Positions 17,838-26,733 of a stretch of 32,000 bases of DNA are shown one piece after another; the first letter of the stretch is position 1, and each line of letters starts with the position of its first letter. The notes below the pieces were generated by a model. The model saw only the letters and a program-made list of their open reading frames with translations. It did not search any database and was not told the DNA's origin. The translations under genes and the position numbers were made by a program. The stretch is from Acaryochloris thomasi RCC1774 (GTDB taxonomy: Bacteria; Cyanobacteriota; Cyanobacteriia; Thermosynechococcales; Thermosynechococcaceae), in the NCBI RefSeq assembly GCF_003231495.1, contig NZ_PQWO01000005.1, positions 30,001 through 62,000 on the forward strand. The letters are read 5' to 3'.

Positions 17838-18599
17838 CTAAACCCGTTTGTAAGAGTCTGGATCCGCCTGTACGACAAACATATCGTCATACTGAATCAC
17901 GTCTCCTGTGATCTCTACCGGATCGGCCACGAGATCTAAGATGCGCTCATTGATGGCTTTTCCCTGCTGATCGGCTAACAGGAAGTAGAGAACATCCTTG
18001 CGACTGTTCTGCACCCGAAACACGGCAGGCACCCCGCCACTAATGCAGCGAATCGCACAGGCCCGATGGGTTTTGCCCTGGCCCGGTTTCATCACACCGG
18101 GGTAGCATTTGCTGTCTAGAATCTCACCCGTGAGGGTATAGGTTCCTATCGGTTTTCCTTCTTGGGGTCTGGCAGCAGCGCTTGCTGGAGGATCAATCGG
18201 CTCTGCAGATCGGGTTGCGATGACCGAGAGCTGATTGCGCGAAACCATCGTACCAGTGAGCTTTACCCATCTGCCTAGATGCTCCAAAATGTCCGCACTG
18301 GGAGCCGTCTTGCCACCCCCCGTCAGCAAATAGCGGGAAAAAGGACTGTTATCTCCAATATTGCCAGGTCGAGGCACCACCAGATGTGGGACTGGCTCAG
18401 CCGCGAGGAAGCCCTCTAATTCTTGTGTGCCCTGCAGCTTGCCGGTATTGAACTGGTTGTGAACCATCGGCAACAAGCCCGCAAATAGGACAACGCCAAT
18501 CACCAGTAAAGGAACAAAACGGAACAGGAAACGGCGATAACCCTTGGGAACGGGGGCGTAGCTGATATAAAACTCGTCTGGTTTGGATTGATTCTTCAT
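17838..18599 (-). CDS. Membrane-anchored hypothetical protein with a Cys/His cluster
   Basis: The 253-aa ORF has an N-terminal transmembrane helix. It carries the motif CYPGVMKPGQGKTHRACAIRCISGG (C-x13-C-x3-C with an embedded His). It is the last gene of the four-gene operon. Confidence 0.6.
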   Translation of the reverse strand: MKNQSKPDEFYISYAPVPKGYRRFLFRFVPLLVIGVVLFAGLLPMVHNQFNTGKLQGTQELEGFLAAEPVPHLVVPRPGNIGDNSPFSRYLLTGGGKTAPSADILEHLGRWVKLTGTMVSRNQLSVIATRSAEPIDPPASAAARPQEGKPIGTYTLTGEILDSKCYPGVMKPGQGKTHRACAIRCISGGVPAVFRVQNSRKDVLYFLLADQQGKAINERILDLVADPVEITGDVIQYDDMFVVQADPDSYKRV

Positions 18600-18618
18600 C
18601 AGATAATTTCGCTCAAGC

Positions 18619-19725
18619 CTAAGTAATCAGGGCAGGTTCGACTCGGGTGCCGGGTGGGTTGGGAGTGGTGCTGACAAAGATGCGATCGCCCTCCACTTTC
18701 ACCGCAAAGGTCGGAATACGCTCTTCAAAAGGGGGCGGCGAGGCACCCGACTCTGGTAAGTACTGGTAGCCATGCCAGGGACAGGTAATGCAGCCCTCTA
18801 CGATTTTTCCTTCGCCAAGGGGGCCATTCTGGTGCTGACAAACGTTGGACACCGCAGAAATCTTGCCCTCGTATTTGAAGATGGCCACCCGTTCACCACT
18901 CACGATCACCACTTTTGCCCGAGATTCAGGAATCTCATCAATGGTGCCCACCTCCACAAAATCATTGGTGGTCAGGAACAGCGCTTTCTTATCTTTCTGG
19001 AACTCGCGGTAGCCCGTAATGAGGTGAAGACCCACAATCCAAACCATCCCAACGAGAACCGCGATGGTCAAAGACGGATGTTTATTGGTTTGCAATGCCC
19101 CCAGCACAACATGGCCCACTAGCAAACCATAGGCAAGATAGACACCCATGTGTAGGGCTTTCCAGATGGGAGCGGTGAGGTTCGCCAGCCAGAAATCGTG
19201 GCTAGTGGCGGCCATCAAAAACAGGATGAAGAGGGCGATCACCCCCAAAAACTCAAACGGGAACAGAATGAAGTCACCGTAGTGGGTATTGCCCACAAAC
19301 AGGCTGACCAACGGATCGAGATCACCAAAGTCGTGATACCAGGTCAACGCTCCGTTGAAGTCCCAGGGAAACTTCGGCGCTTTAGCTCCAAACAGCTCCC
19401 AGGGCAGCTTGAGAATCTTCCAGCCATCGACGTGGGCGAGGGCCAAAAAAAACATGGTGACGCCCATGTGACGCCGATTGAACAGTAACGGTAAAAACTT
19501 GGGATTGAGCCGACTCAGAGGGCCAATGGAGAGAATGATGTGGAGCAGGATAAAGGCGGCAGAGCCATAGGCACGAATAGCAACGCCGTGAGTGTCTAAG
19601 TTGTCACCCGCTTTTTCTGTAAAGGTCATGAACCCCCACAGATAGAGAAAAACGCTGAGCCAAAGAATGACGTCGTAAATTCTTTTCTGACGATTCCACT
19701 GAACGGCTTTGTATCCGACGCTCAT
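18619..19725 (-). CDS. Fusion of a ferric-reductase/MsrQ-like heme-b transmembrane domain and a Rieske [2Fe-2S] domain
   Basis: The 368-aa ORF has about 6 transmembrane helices with conserved His residues (HIILS, LAHVDG, HMGVYLAYGLLVGH). The C-terminal Rieske box is CQH-x16-CPWH. Confidence 0.75.
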   Translation of the reverse strand: MSVGYKAVQWNRQKRIYDVILWLSVFLYLWGFMTFTEKAGDNLDTHGVAIRAYGSAAFILLHIILSIGPLSRLNPKFLPLLFNRRHMGVTMFFLALAHVDGWKILKLPWELFGAKAPKFPWDFNGALTWYHDFGDLDPLVSLFVGNTHYGDFILFPFEFLGVIALFILFLMAATSHDFWLANLTAPIWKALHMGVYLAYGLLVGHVVLGALQTNKHPSLTIAVLVGMVWIVGLHLITGYREFQKDKKALFLTTNDFVEVGTIDEIPESRAKVVIVSGERVAIFKYEGKISAVSNVCQHQNGPLGEGKIVEGCITCPWHGYQYLPESGASPPPFEERIPTFAVKVEGDRIFVSTTPNPPGTRVEPALIT

Positions 19726-19727
19726 GA

Positions 19728-20222
19728 TTACTGGGTAGCTAACGTGAATGGGAAAGTGGCAACGAGGGTCTTCTGGCCCCGGCTGTAGAGAAGCAAGTGT
19801 CCTTGTTGACCCTGAATCTCTGTGGGTAGGCGAAATCGGCGGCGACGGTTTCCAGAGAGCTGTCCGAGCAGTACGGCGCTACTATCGACAGTTTGGGCAT
19901 CTCTAGCGGGAGCTTCACCCGCCTGCCAGTACACAAGCACATCTGCAGATTGAAGATTGTCAACGGGCTGTAAATCTAAAAATTTAGATTCTGAATCGTT
20001 GATAATTTCAGCGCGGATTCGAACGTTCTCTGCGGAGAGGATCGCGCTATCAATGGCCTCAGTTTTGTTGGGGAAGTTTGCGATCGCAAACAGTTCATCC
20101 ACCGACTCATCGACGGTGGGAATCGCGGGACGCAGCAGCAGACCTGCCAGAAAGACAACGGGAAGAGCACAGGCAAGGGCAATCGCAGCATAGAAGTGGG
20201 CTTGGCGTCGAGCCAAAATCAT
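19728..20222 (-). CDS. Membrane-anchored hypothetical protein
   Basis: I chose the start at ATG 20222 (MILARRQAHFYAAIALACALPVVF...), which overlaps the upstream stop as ATGA. The stop lies 2 nt before the Rieske-fusion start. The track's longer N-terminal extension (to 20375) overlaps the upstream gene. Confidence 0.6.
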   Translation of the reverse strand: MILARRQAHFYAAIALACALPVVFLAGLLLRPAIPTVDESVDELFAIANFPNKTEAIDSAILSAENVRIRAEIINDSESKFLDLQPVDNLQSADVLVYWQAGEAPARDAQTVDSSAVLLGQLSGNRRRRFRLPTEIQGQQGHLLLYSRGQKTLVATFPFTLATQ

Positions 20223-20497
20223 GGGGCACCTCCGGCTTGGCCTTGAGCTGCGATTCGATGGGCGTTTCGTTCGATAGGGCGCTGCTTGCGGCGGAGAAGA
20301 CGGGTTGCAAAGAGGGGCCAGAATGCACAGAGACCCGGAAGAATCATGAGCCGGAACCCCAGGTTCCAACTCCATCGAGCATCGGGGTCAACCCGCTGCA
20401 GTCCAAACAGGATCAAGGGAACAGAGAAGACTAGACCCGCAAACAGGTAAGCCCGCACGGCCTGGAGTAGCCACTCAACCAAGGCAACATTGTCCAA
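20219..20497 (-). CDS. Small two-helix membrane protein
   Basis: The 92-aa ORF has a TTG start preceded by AGGAGG 11 nt upstream. It has two hydrophobic segments and is the first gene of the operon. Confidence 0.5.
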   Translation of the reverse strand: MDNVALVEWLLQAVRAYLFAGLVFSVPLILFGLQRVDPDARWSWNLGFRLMILPGLCAFWPLFATRLLRRKQRPIERNAHRIAAQGQAGGAP

Positions 20498-20645
20498 TAG
20501 GGTCGATCCCTCCTGATGAGCTTAACTTCACAGTTGCATCATATCGGTGTAGGACCATTTTTAGGGACAACGCTCCACTTTGCTACAGAACTTACTTATA
20601 GGAGACAGGGGCTTTGTTACATGAATCTTGCAAAAGTCGTATCAG

Positions 20646-20892
20646 TTATCTCCGAGCTTTTTCTTCAAGCATCAATGCCGTATTGAGATCGTCATTCATA
20701 AACTGAATTAGCTCTGGTTTACCAATGTAATACCCCTGAGCACAGGGTTGCTTCAAAGTCACGGTAGAAGTGGATGACCAAGATACGCTGCGTAGCGTTT
20801 GCAGATGACGTATCGATGCTCCCAATGATTGAGCTGCTGATTAAGCCAGCTGCAAGAATTCGATAGATAGGACGGAGCAAACTATCGATCAC
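20646..20892 (-). pseudogene. Possible decayed EAL-domain (c-di-GMP phosphodiesterase) C-terminal remnant
   Basis: The minus-strand translation gives ...CAQGYYIGKPELIQFMNDD...*, an EAL C-terminal signature. Upstream, in a different frame, it gives VIDSLLRPI...SSIIGSI, which resembles the (L)KIDxSF...IIxL region. At least one frameshift is needed and there is no intact ORF. Confidence 0.3.
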
Positions 20893-21398
20893 AAACACGG
20901 GCTGAATCTAATGTCATCAGAGCATTGAGAGCAATAAAACTGAGATAAAGCTACGATACCCAAGCCCAAGCAAGCATTACACGGCTCTTGGTTGAATTTA
21001 CGACTCTACCTGACCTTATCAGTTACTTTGCCTACTTCATATTGCGATCCGAGATGAGAGTAAAAGTCAAGCCAGACAAGGTTCCCGAGGTTATTTTATT
21101 CTCAAAAATGAAATCATTTTTGAGAATAAACAACAAATCATAGACGGTTGGAGCTGTGACACCCATGATGACGATACGATGGCCTACGGCCCACCTTCGA
21201 TAATCGCAAAATTCTTCCACAGACATTTTTCCCTTCAAAGCTTGCTGCCAAAAAGTCTCAGAAGGCAAATATCAACGTCATCAAAACAAGCCTACTGATG
21301 CGATTTAATGCGATTATGCTCCTATTCGTGGGTAGAGCTAGAAGGCGAAGTGAGCCTGAAGACTTGGGCATCCTAACAAAAGGACTGCAGGATTGTTC

Positions 21399-22361
21399 AT
21401 GGATTTGTCGGTATCTCAAATACAGCACTTGTCAGGACAGGAGATTTATCAACGTCTCTCTGACAATATTGAACAAGTGGTCAAAGGACAGTCTGCCGCC
21501 ATTCGAAAACTACTAGCCGCCTTTGTCAGTGGCGGTCACGTGTTGCTCGAAGATTATCCCGGCACAGGCAAAACGACTTTAGCAAAGGCCCTCGCCCAGT
21601 CCGTCGATGTATCGTTCAAGCGCATTCAATTTACGCCGGATTTGCTGCCGTCTGATATTCTTGGCGTTTCAATTTTAGATCCGGTGGAGCGTTCTTTCCA
21701 TTTTCATGAGGGGCCGATTTTTGCCAATATAGTGCTGGCAGACGAGATAAATCGCGCGTCACCCCGCACCCAGTCTGCCCTCTTAGAAGCAATGGCAGAA
21801 TCTCAGGTCAGCATTGATGGCAATTTGAGAAAGCTGTGCGCCCCTTTCTTTGTGATTGCCACCCAGAATCCAGTGGACTCCCGAGGTACCTATCCTCTGC
21901 CCGAAGCGCAAATGGATCGCTTCGCTTTGCAGTTCAGCTTGGGCTATCTCTCGCCGGAAGCTGAAATCGAGATTTTATCGCAGCAAATTCAGGAGCACCC
22001 GATCGAGAAGCTCGCTCCCTGCCTGTCGTTAGAAAATATTTTGACCCTCAAACAGCAGGTGAAGCAGGTGAGAGTCAGTCCAGAACTGAAGCGCTACGTG
22101 GTAGATATCGTTAACGCAACCCGTCAGGTAGAGGACGTTCAGCTCGGTGCCAGCCCGCGAGGATCTATCGCCCTGATGAAAATTGCTCAAGCCCTAGCTC
22201 TCTTTGATGGTTATGAGTTTGTAACACCAGAACAGATTCAGGAAATCGCAGTCCCCGTGATCGCTCATCGATTGGTCATGGAACCTCAGGCTAAGTTTTC
22301 GGGGCAAACTGCCGAAGGTGTGGTGCAGGAAATTGTGCAAGCAGTTCCCGTTCCGGCTTAG
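21399..22361 (+). CDS. MoxR-family AAA+ ATPase
   Basis: Walker A is GTGKTTLAKALA and Walker B is LADEINRASP, followed by the MoxR-type sequence QSALLEAMAE. ATG 21399 lies two codons inside the track's TTG start. Confidence 0.9.
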   Translation: MDLSVSQIQHLSGQEIYQRLSDNIEQVVKGQSAAIRKLLAAFVSGGHVLLEDYPGTGKTTLAKALAQSVDVSFKRIQFTPDLLPSDILGVSILDPVERSFHFHEGPIFANIVLADEINRASPRTQSALLEAMAESQVSIDGNLRKLCAPFFVIATQNPVDSRGTYPLPEAQMDRFALQFSLGYLSPEAEIEILSQQIQEHPIEKLAPCLSLENILTLKQQVKQVRVSPELKRYVVDIVNATRQVEDVQLGASPRGSIALMKIAQALALFDGYEFVTPEQIQEIAVPVIAHRLVMEPQAKFSGQTAEGVVQEIVQAVPVPA

Positions 22362-22364
22362 GTG

Positions 22365-23699
22365 ATGGATCGCTTTTTCTACCGGCTACTGCGGTTTAAC
22401 TACACGGCGCGACAGTGGCTGACCCGGCGATTTAGCCGCGCGGGGCTAGGGGTGCTGATAGGTTTGATCGTCTGTGCAATTATCGGCATGGATACAAACC
22501 AGAGCCTGTCGTACCAGGTCTACACGCTGCTGATGGCTTTGCTGACGGTTGCGATTGTTGCGACGCTCTTCTCGCGCTATCGATTCAGCGCCACCCGCAC
22601 GCTGCCGCGCTTCGGCACCATCGGCACACCGCTGAAGTATCGGCTTGTGCTACGCAACCGCACCCGGAAGCAGCAGCGGGGCTGGAAGCTCTTAGACTCT
22701 GTCGCTGATTCTTTCCCCAGCCTGAAGGAATACCAGCGGATTGCCCACCGCCGCGTAAACTGGCGCGTTCGACGCCGACAGTGGCTGATGCTTTTAACAC
22801 AGCGTCAGCAAGCCATTGCTGCGGCTGTTGAGCTACCGCCCCTGCCAGCAAATCGGGATGTGGAGGTGATGGGCGAAGTGATGCCGCTGCGGCGCGGGCT
22901 ACTGCGCTTCAAGGCGGTGACGGTTGCCTGCCCTGATCCGCTGGGGTTGTTCAATGCCTGCGTCACTCAAGCGCTTCCCCAGTCAGTTTTGATTTTGCCT
23001 AAACGCTATCAACTGCCTACCATTCAACTGCCGGGAGCACGTCGCTATCAGTCGGGGGGGTTGGCACTGGCCTCGTCTGTAGGGGATTCGGAGGAGTTTC
23101 GCGGACTGCGAGAATATCGTCCGGGTGATCCGCCTCGCAAGATTCACTGGAAAAGCTGGGCGAAGGTCGATAAACCGATTGTAAAAGAGGAGCAGGAAGA
23201 ATATTTTGTTCGCCATGCCCTGATTCTCGATACCTTTCAGTCAGAAACCTATAGCGAACTTTTAGAGGAGGGGGTTGCGATCGCATCTTCTCTAGCCTGC
23301 GAAATTCAAACTCAGGAATCCCTTCTTGATCTGATGTTTGTGGGCCTCGAAGCCCACCGCTTTACCGTCGGTCGCGGTCTGGGACAAACTGAGCGCATGC
23401 TGGAATTATTAGCATCCGTCGTCCCCTGCCAAGATCAACCCTTCGAATCCATGATGCCCGCAATTCAAAGTCGTCTAGCGCTTTTGAGCGGCTGTATCTG
23501 CATCCTGCTGGCCTGGGATGAAGCCCGCCAAGCCCTGGTGGAACAGCTCCAGCGATGCGGCATCCCTACTCTTATCCTTGTGATTACCGATCAGCAGGGC
23601 TTACCCAATACTCCCGACCTCGAAAGATTTCAAAATTCTCAGAGCAGCCTGCACGTGTTGAAGCTCGGCCAGATTCAGCAGGGACTCGGGCAGCTATGA
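22365..23699 (+). CDS. DUF58 domain protein
   Basis: The ORF has N-terminal transmembrane helices and the DUF58 signature DSEEFRGLREYRPGDPPRKIHWKSWAK. It starts 1-4 nt after the MoxR stop (GTG 22362 or ATG 22365). Confidence 0.85.
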   Translation: MDRFFYRLLRFNYTARQWLTRRFSRAGLGVLIGLIVCAIIGMDTNQSLSYQVYTLLMALLTVAIVATLFSRYRFSATRTLPRFGTIGTPLKYRLVLRNRTRKQQRGWKLLDSVADSFPSLKEYQRIAHRRVNWRVRRRQWLMLLTQRQQAIAAAVELPPLPANRDVEVMGEVMPLRRGLLRFKAVTVACPDPLGLFNACVTQALPQSVLILPKRYQLPTIQLPGARRYQSGGLALASSVGDSEEFRGLREYRPGDPPRKIHWKSWAKVDKPIVKEEQEEYFVRHALILDTFQSETYSELLEEGVAIASSLACEIQTQESLLDLMFVGLEAHRFTVGRGLGQTERMLELLASVVPCQDQPFESMMPAIQSRLALLSGCICILLAWDEARQALVEQLQRCGIPTLILVITDQQGLPNTPDLERFQNSQSSLHVLKLGQIQQGLGQL

Positions 23700-25711
23700 A
23701 ACGTCACGTTGCTAGCCTCTGCAGCCTTGCCCTCACCCTCTGGGGCGTCCAGACCGGACTATTGCTGTGCGCCATCCCCATGATTCTGCTGCTAGAGGGC
23801 CGTCATATTATCCAGCAGCGCTGGGATGTCCCCGTGCAGGATCTCAAGCGCCTTGCTCAGCTCTGCGGTCTTATCTTTGCTCTCTTTCTCGTTTTTCTAT
23901 TCATCACTCAGCCCTCATTTTCGCTGATCTATCGCCTGCTACAGTGGCTACCCATTTGCGTTTTCCCCTTTGTAGCCGCCCAAACCTATGCCACCCATTT
24001 TTCGGCGTCCTTCCGGAGTCTATTTACTCGGTTCTATGCCCCCCGGACCAAACTGCGACAAAAGCCGATTAATCTCTACTATCCGTATTTCGCACTCTGT
24101 CTCGTCGCCGCCAGCGCTACGAACTGGAACGGCCCAATTTTCTATGGGGTCACCGTCGGTCTGATTGCAATTCTGCTCTGGTCACGGCGTCCGCAGCATT
24201 CAACGCCGGTGCTTTGGATCTGCCTGATCGTGCTGGCAAGCAGCCTGGGATTTGTGGGACATCTGCAGCTCCATCAACTCCAGGCCAAACTGGAACAGCA
24301 GACTGCGCCATGGCTGAATAGCTTGACGGGTGAATCGGTTGATCCATACCAAAGCATTACCCAAATGGGCAGTATTGGTTCGCTCAAGCAGTCCAATGCC
24401 GTCGTCTTTCGGGTGGCAGGCGATCGCAACTCTTTTCCACTGCTACTGCGAGAAGCCACGTACAACAAATATGGTGCTGGCTCTTGGGTCGCCCTCCAGT
24501 CTAAATTCAGGCGCATCAGGACTTCAGCTAAGGGAATCTGGAAGCTCAGCAACGCCGCTCCCCCCTCTGATTCAATGACGGTGACAGCCCGCCTAAGCGG
24601 CGGCAAAGGGATCCTAAGACTGCCGGACGGAACCGCCGAGATCAGCCAGCTTCAGGTCAAGCAGCTGGAGCAAAACCAGTACGGCACGGCCAAAGTAATC
24701 GGGAAATCTGGACTGCTCCGCTATCAGATACAGTTCAATCCGGCCCAGTCTGAAGATGCTGCACCAACGGACGCCGATTTACAAATCCCAAAGACCGAGC
24801 AGGCCGCCGTTGAGCAAACGCTGCAGACCCTCAACACTGCCGGGAAGTCTGAGACTGAGGTAGTGAATCAGATCTCAGCTTTCTTTCAAAGAGATTTTGA
24901 ATATTCTCTTGAGTTCTCTAAGTCCCAAAAGTCCCAAACGCCGCTGTCGGCTTTTCTGCTCGATCATAGATCGGGGCACTGCGAGTACTTTGCTTCAGCT
25001 ACGACGCTCTTACTGCGCGGTGCAGGGATTCCGGCCCGTTATGCGGTGGGCTATTCGGTTCATGAATTTAGCCCGCTAGAGCAGCAATATGTTGTCCGCA
25101 GTCGCAATGCCCATGCCTGGGCCATGGCGTACATCAACGGCCATTGGCAATCGGTGGACACAACGCCGCCCGACTGGACGGCTCAAGAAGATGCAGCAGC
25201 ATCTCCGCTTCAGGTTCTTTCAGATTGGTGGTCGTTTTTGCGATTCCAGCTATCGAATGGGCTACAGCAGCTTACGCAAGGCAAGATTTGGATTGGCGTT
25301 GCGATCGCACCTTTTATTCTCTTTCTATTCTGGAAGTGGGTTCGTAAGTTTTTTGGGTTGCGATCGCGATCAAAAGAAACCACACCCTCAACTCCAATTG
25401 CCCAGACCGTCAGAGCAGGAATCGACTCAGAGTTTTATCAAGTTGAGAAGCGCCTAAACGAACTCAACCTACAGCGCGCCGAATCTGAGTCTTTACAACA
25501 GTGGATAAAACGACTACAGGTACACCTTACAGCCCAACAATTAGAGACATTGCAGCAGATCAAAAAGCTGCACTATCGCTACCGATTTGATCCACAGGGC
25601 CTTGAGCCAACAGATCGTGAAACCCTCCGATCTCTAAGCTATCTTTTGCTCGATCAATTAAAGATAGAATTCGCTGGCCCGCAAGATCCATCGATTAAGA
25701 ATGCACTCTAA
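23696..25711 (+). CDS. Transglutaminase-like membrane protein (TgpA-like)
   Basis: The start at ATG 23696 overlaps the DUF58 stop as ATGA. The N-terminal domain is polytopic. The transglutaminase core has Cys (GHCEYFASATTLLLRGAGIPARY), His (NAHAWAMAY) and Asp (SVDTTP), followed by a further transmembrane helix and a C-terminal tail. Confidence 0.85.
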   Translation: MKRHVASLCSLALTLWGVQTGLLLCAIPMILLLEGRHIIQQRWDVPVQDLKRLAQLCGLIFALFLVFLFITQPSFSLIYRLLQWLPICVFPFVAAQTYATHFSASFRSLFTRFYAPRTKLRQKPINLYYPYFALCLVAASATNWNGPIFYGVTVGLIAILLWSRRPQHSTPVLWICLIVLASSLGFVGHLQLHQLQAKLEQQTAPWLNSLTGESVDPYQSITQMGSIGSLKQSNAVVFRVAGDRNSFPLLLREATYNKYGAGSWVALQSKFRRIRTSAKGIWKLSNAAPPSDSMTVTARLSGGKGILRLPDGTAEISQLQVKQLEQNQYGTAKVIGKSGLLRYQIQFNPAQSEDAAPTDADLQIPKTEQAAVEQTLQTLNTAGKSETEVVNQISAFFQRDFEYSLEFSKSQKSQTPLSAFLLDHRSGHCEYFASATTLLLRGAGIPARYAVGYSVHEFSPLEQQYVVRSRNAHAWAMAYINGHWQSVDTTPPDWTAQEDAAASPLQVLSDWWSFLRFQLSNGLQQLTQGKIWIGVAIAPFILFLFWKWVRKFFGLRSRSKETTPSTPIAQTVRAGIDSEFYQVEKRLNELNLQRAESESLQQWIKRLQVHLTAQQLETLQQIKKLHYRYRFDPQGLEPTDRETLRSLSYLLLDQLKIEFAGPQDPSIKNAL

Positions 25712-25800
25712 AGCCCATCAACATCTCTTGTTAAGATCAATGCAGTCTGAGCAACAGGCGTTTAGACAACGTATACCGACGTTATCTCTGCAAACATCGT

Positions 25801-26301
25801 ATGAATTCCACCTCTACCCTCAAGCAGCTGATCGCCCATCCCATCTCATCTGAATTATTTCAGCCCTTTGGTCAGGTCATTTTTCCCAGCGCTGACGGTG
25901 CAGCCTACGGCCCTCAAGATGCCCAGCTCCAGCTTAGCAACGGCACACCCCGGTTTTACATCATGCGGCTAGACGCCAAAGGTCGCCAATTCCATACGAT
26001 CACACGCCATCAGCAGTGTACACAGTGCCTCGGATCTTTAGGCGGTCAGGACTGGCTGATGGCCGTTGCACCGCCTTCAGAAGGCAAGCCTAATCCTGAT
26101 GAGATTGTGGCATTTCAGATTCCTGGCAACTGCTTTATCAATCTCAAGATGGGCACCTGGCACGCTGGCCCCTACTTTGAGCAAGCCGCCATTGATTTTT
26201 ACAATCTAGAACTCAGCGATACCAATATTACAGATCACGAGACCTGCAACCTGAAGGCAAGCTATGGTCTGGAATTTGAAATTCTAGGTTCTCAGTCGTA
26301 A
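25801..26301 (+). CDS. Ureidoglycolate lyase/hydrolase (AllA) family protein
   Basis: The 166-aa ORF follows the AllA pattern: L..ELFQPFGQVI, ITRHQQCTQ, AFQIPG...N...GTWH..P...IDF. Confidence 0.65.
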   Translation: MNSTSTLKQLIAHPISSELFQPFGQVIFPSADGAAYGPQDAQLQLSNGTPRFYIMRLDAKGRQFHTITRHQQCTQCLGSLGGQDWLMAVAPPSEGKPNPDEIVAFQIPGNCFINLKMGTWHAGPYFEQAAIDFYNLELSDTNITDHETCNLKASYGLEFEILGSQS

Positions 26302-26664
26302 CGAGTCTGGCTAACGCGGGCAGAATCGCTAAGCCGCAAAGATCAAAAACACCTTGAGAACAAGGGTCAACATAATACAGAACACCAGGAACCCTAGCAA
26401 AAAATTACGGATCAGCGATTTCTGTTGATGCATGTTGTAGACACAAGCGAGTAGCTCACTCATAGAATTATCCATCAGAAGCCCTAGGCAAGGCAATTCT
26501 GAAGATCTATATTGATGCTCAGAAGTTGCCTGTGATAGGCTCAATTTTGGGAAGGCAATGTTATGTAATGCAGCGGTTCAGGGTCTGTATCCCTGACTGG
26601 CGCGCTGGGGCTGAAAATTGTCTGGGTGTGTACCGCAGAGCATAGTAAAGCTGGTTCCACCCTC

Positions 26665-26731
26665 TCTCAATTAGCTCAGTGGTAGAGCGCCGGACATCCG
26701 GCGGACGTGGGTTCGAATCCCACATTGAGTA
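26665..26731 (+). ncRNA. tRNA-like gene lacking an anticodon loop (tRNA pseudogene or anticodon-less tRNA-like RNA)
   Basis: The acceptor stem is TCTCAAT/ATTGAGT (T1-T72 mismatch), the D arm is GCTC-AGTGGTA-GAGC, and the T arm is GTGGG-TTCGAAT-CCCAC. The anticodon arm is only G-CCGG-ACAT-CCGG-C, a 4-nt loop. The total is 67 nt, 5 nt short of a canonical tRNA. Confidence 0.7.
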
Positions 26732-26733
26732 CC

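Noticed and set aside
21032-21268. A 78-aa minus-strand ORF in the AT-rich patch.
   Set aside because: It has a TTG start, no motif and low-complexity AT-rich codons. It is more likely a fragment of the decayed gene or genes discussed in the findings than a live CDS.
26329-26544. A 71-aa minus-strand ORF with a hydrophobic C-terminus (internal ATG version about 48 aa).
   Set aside because: It has a TTG start, no recognisable ribosome-binding site and no motif, and it sits in a promoter-like spacer upstream of the tRNAs. It is possible, but the sequence alone does not support it.
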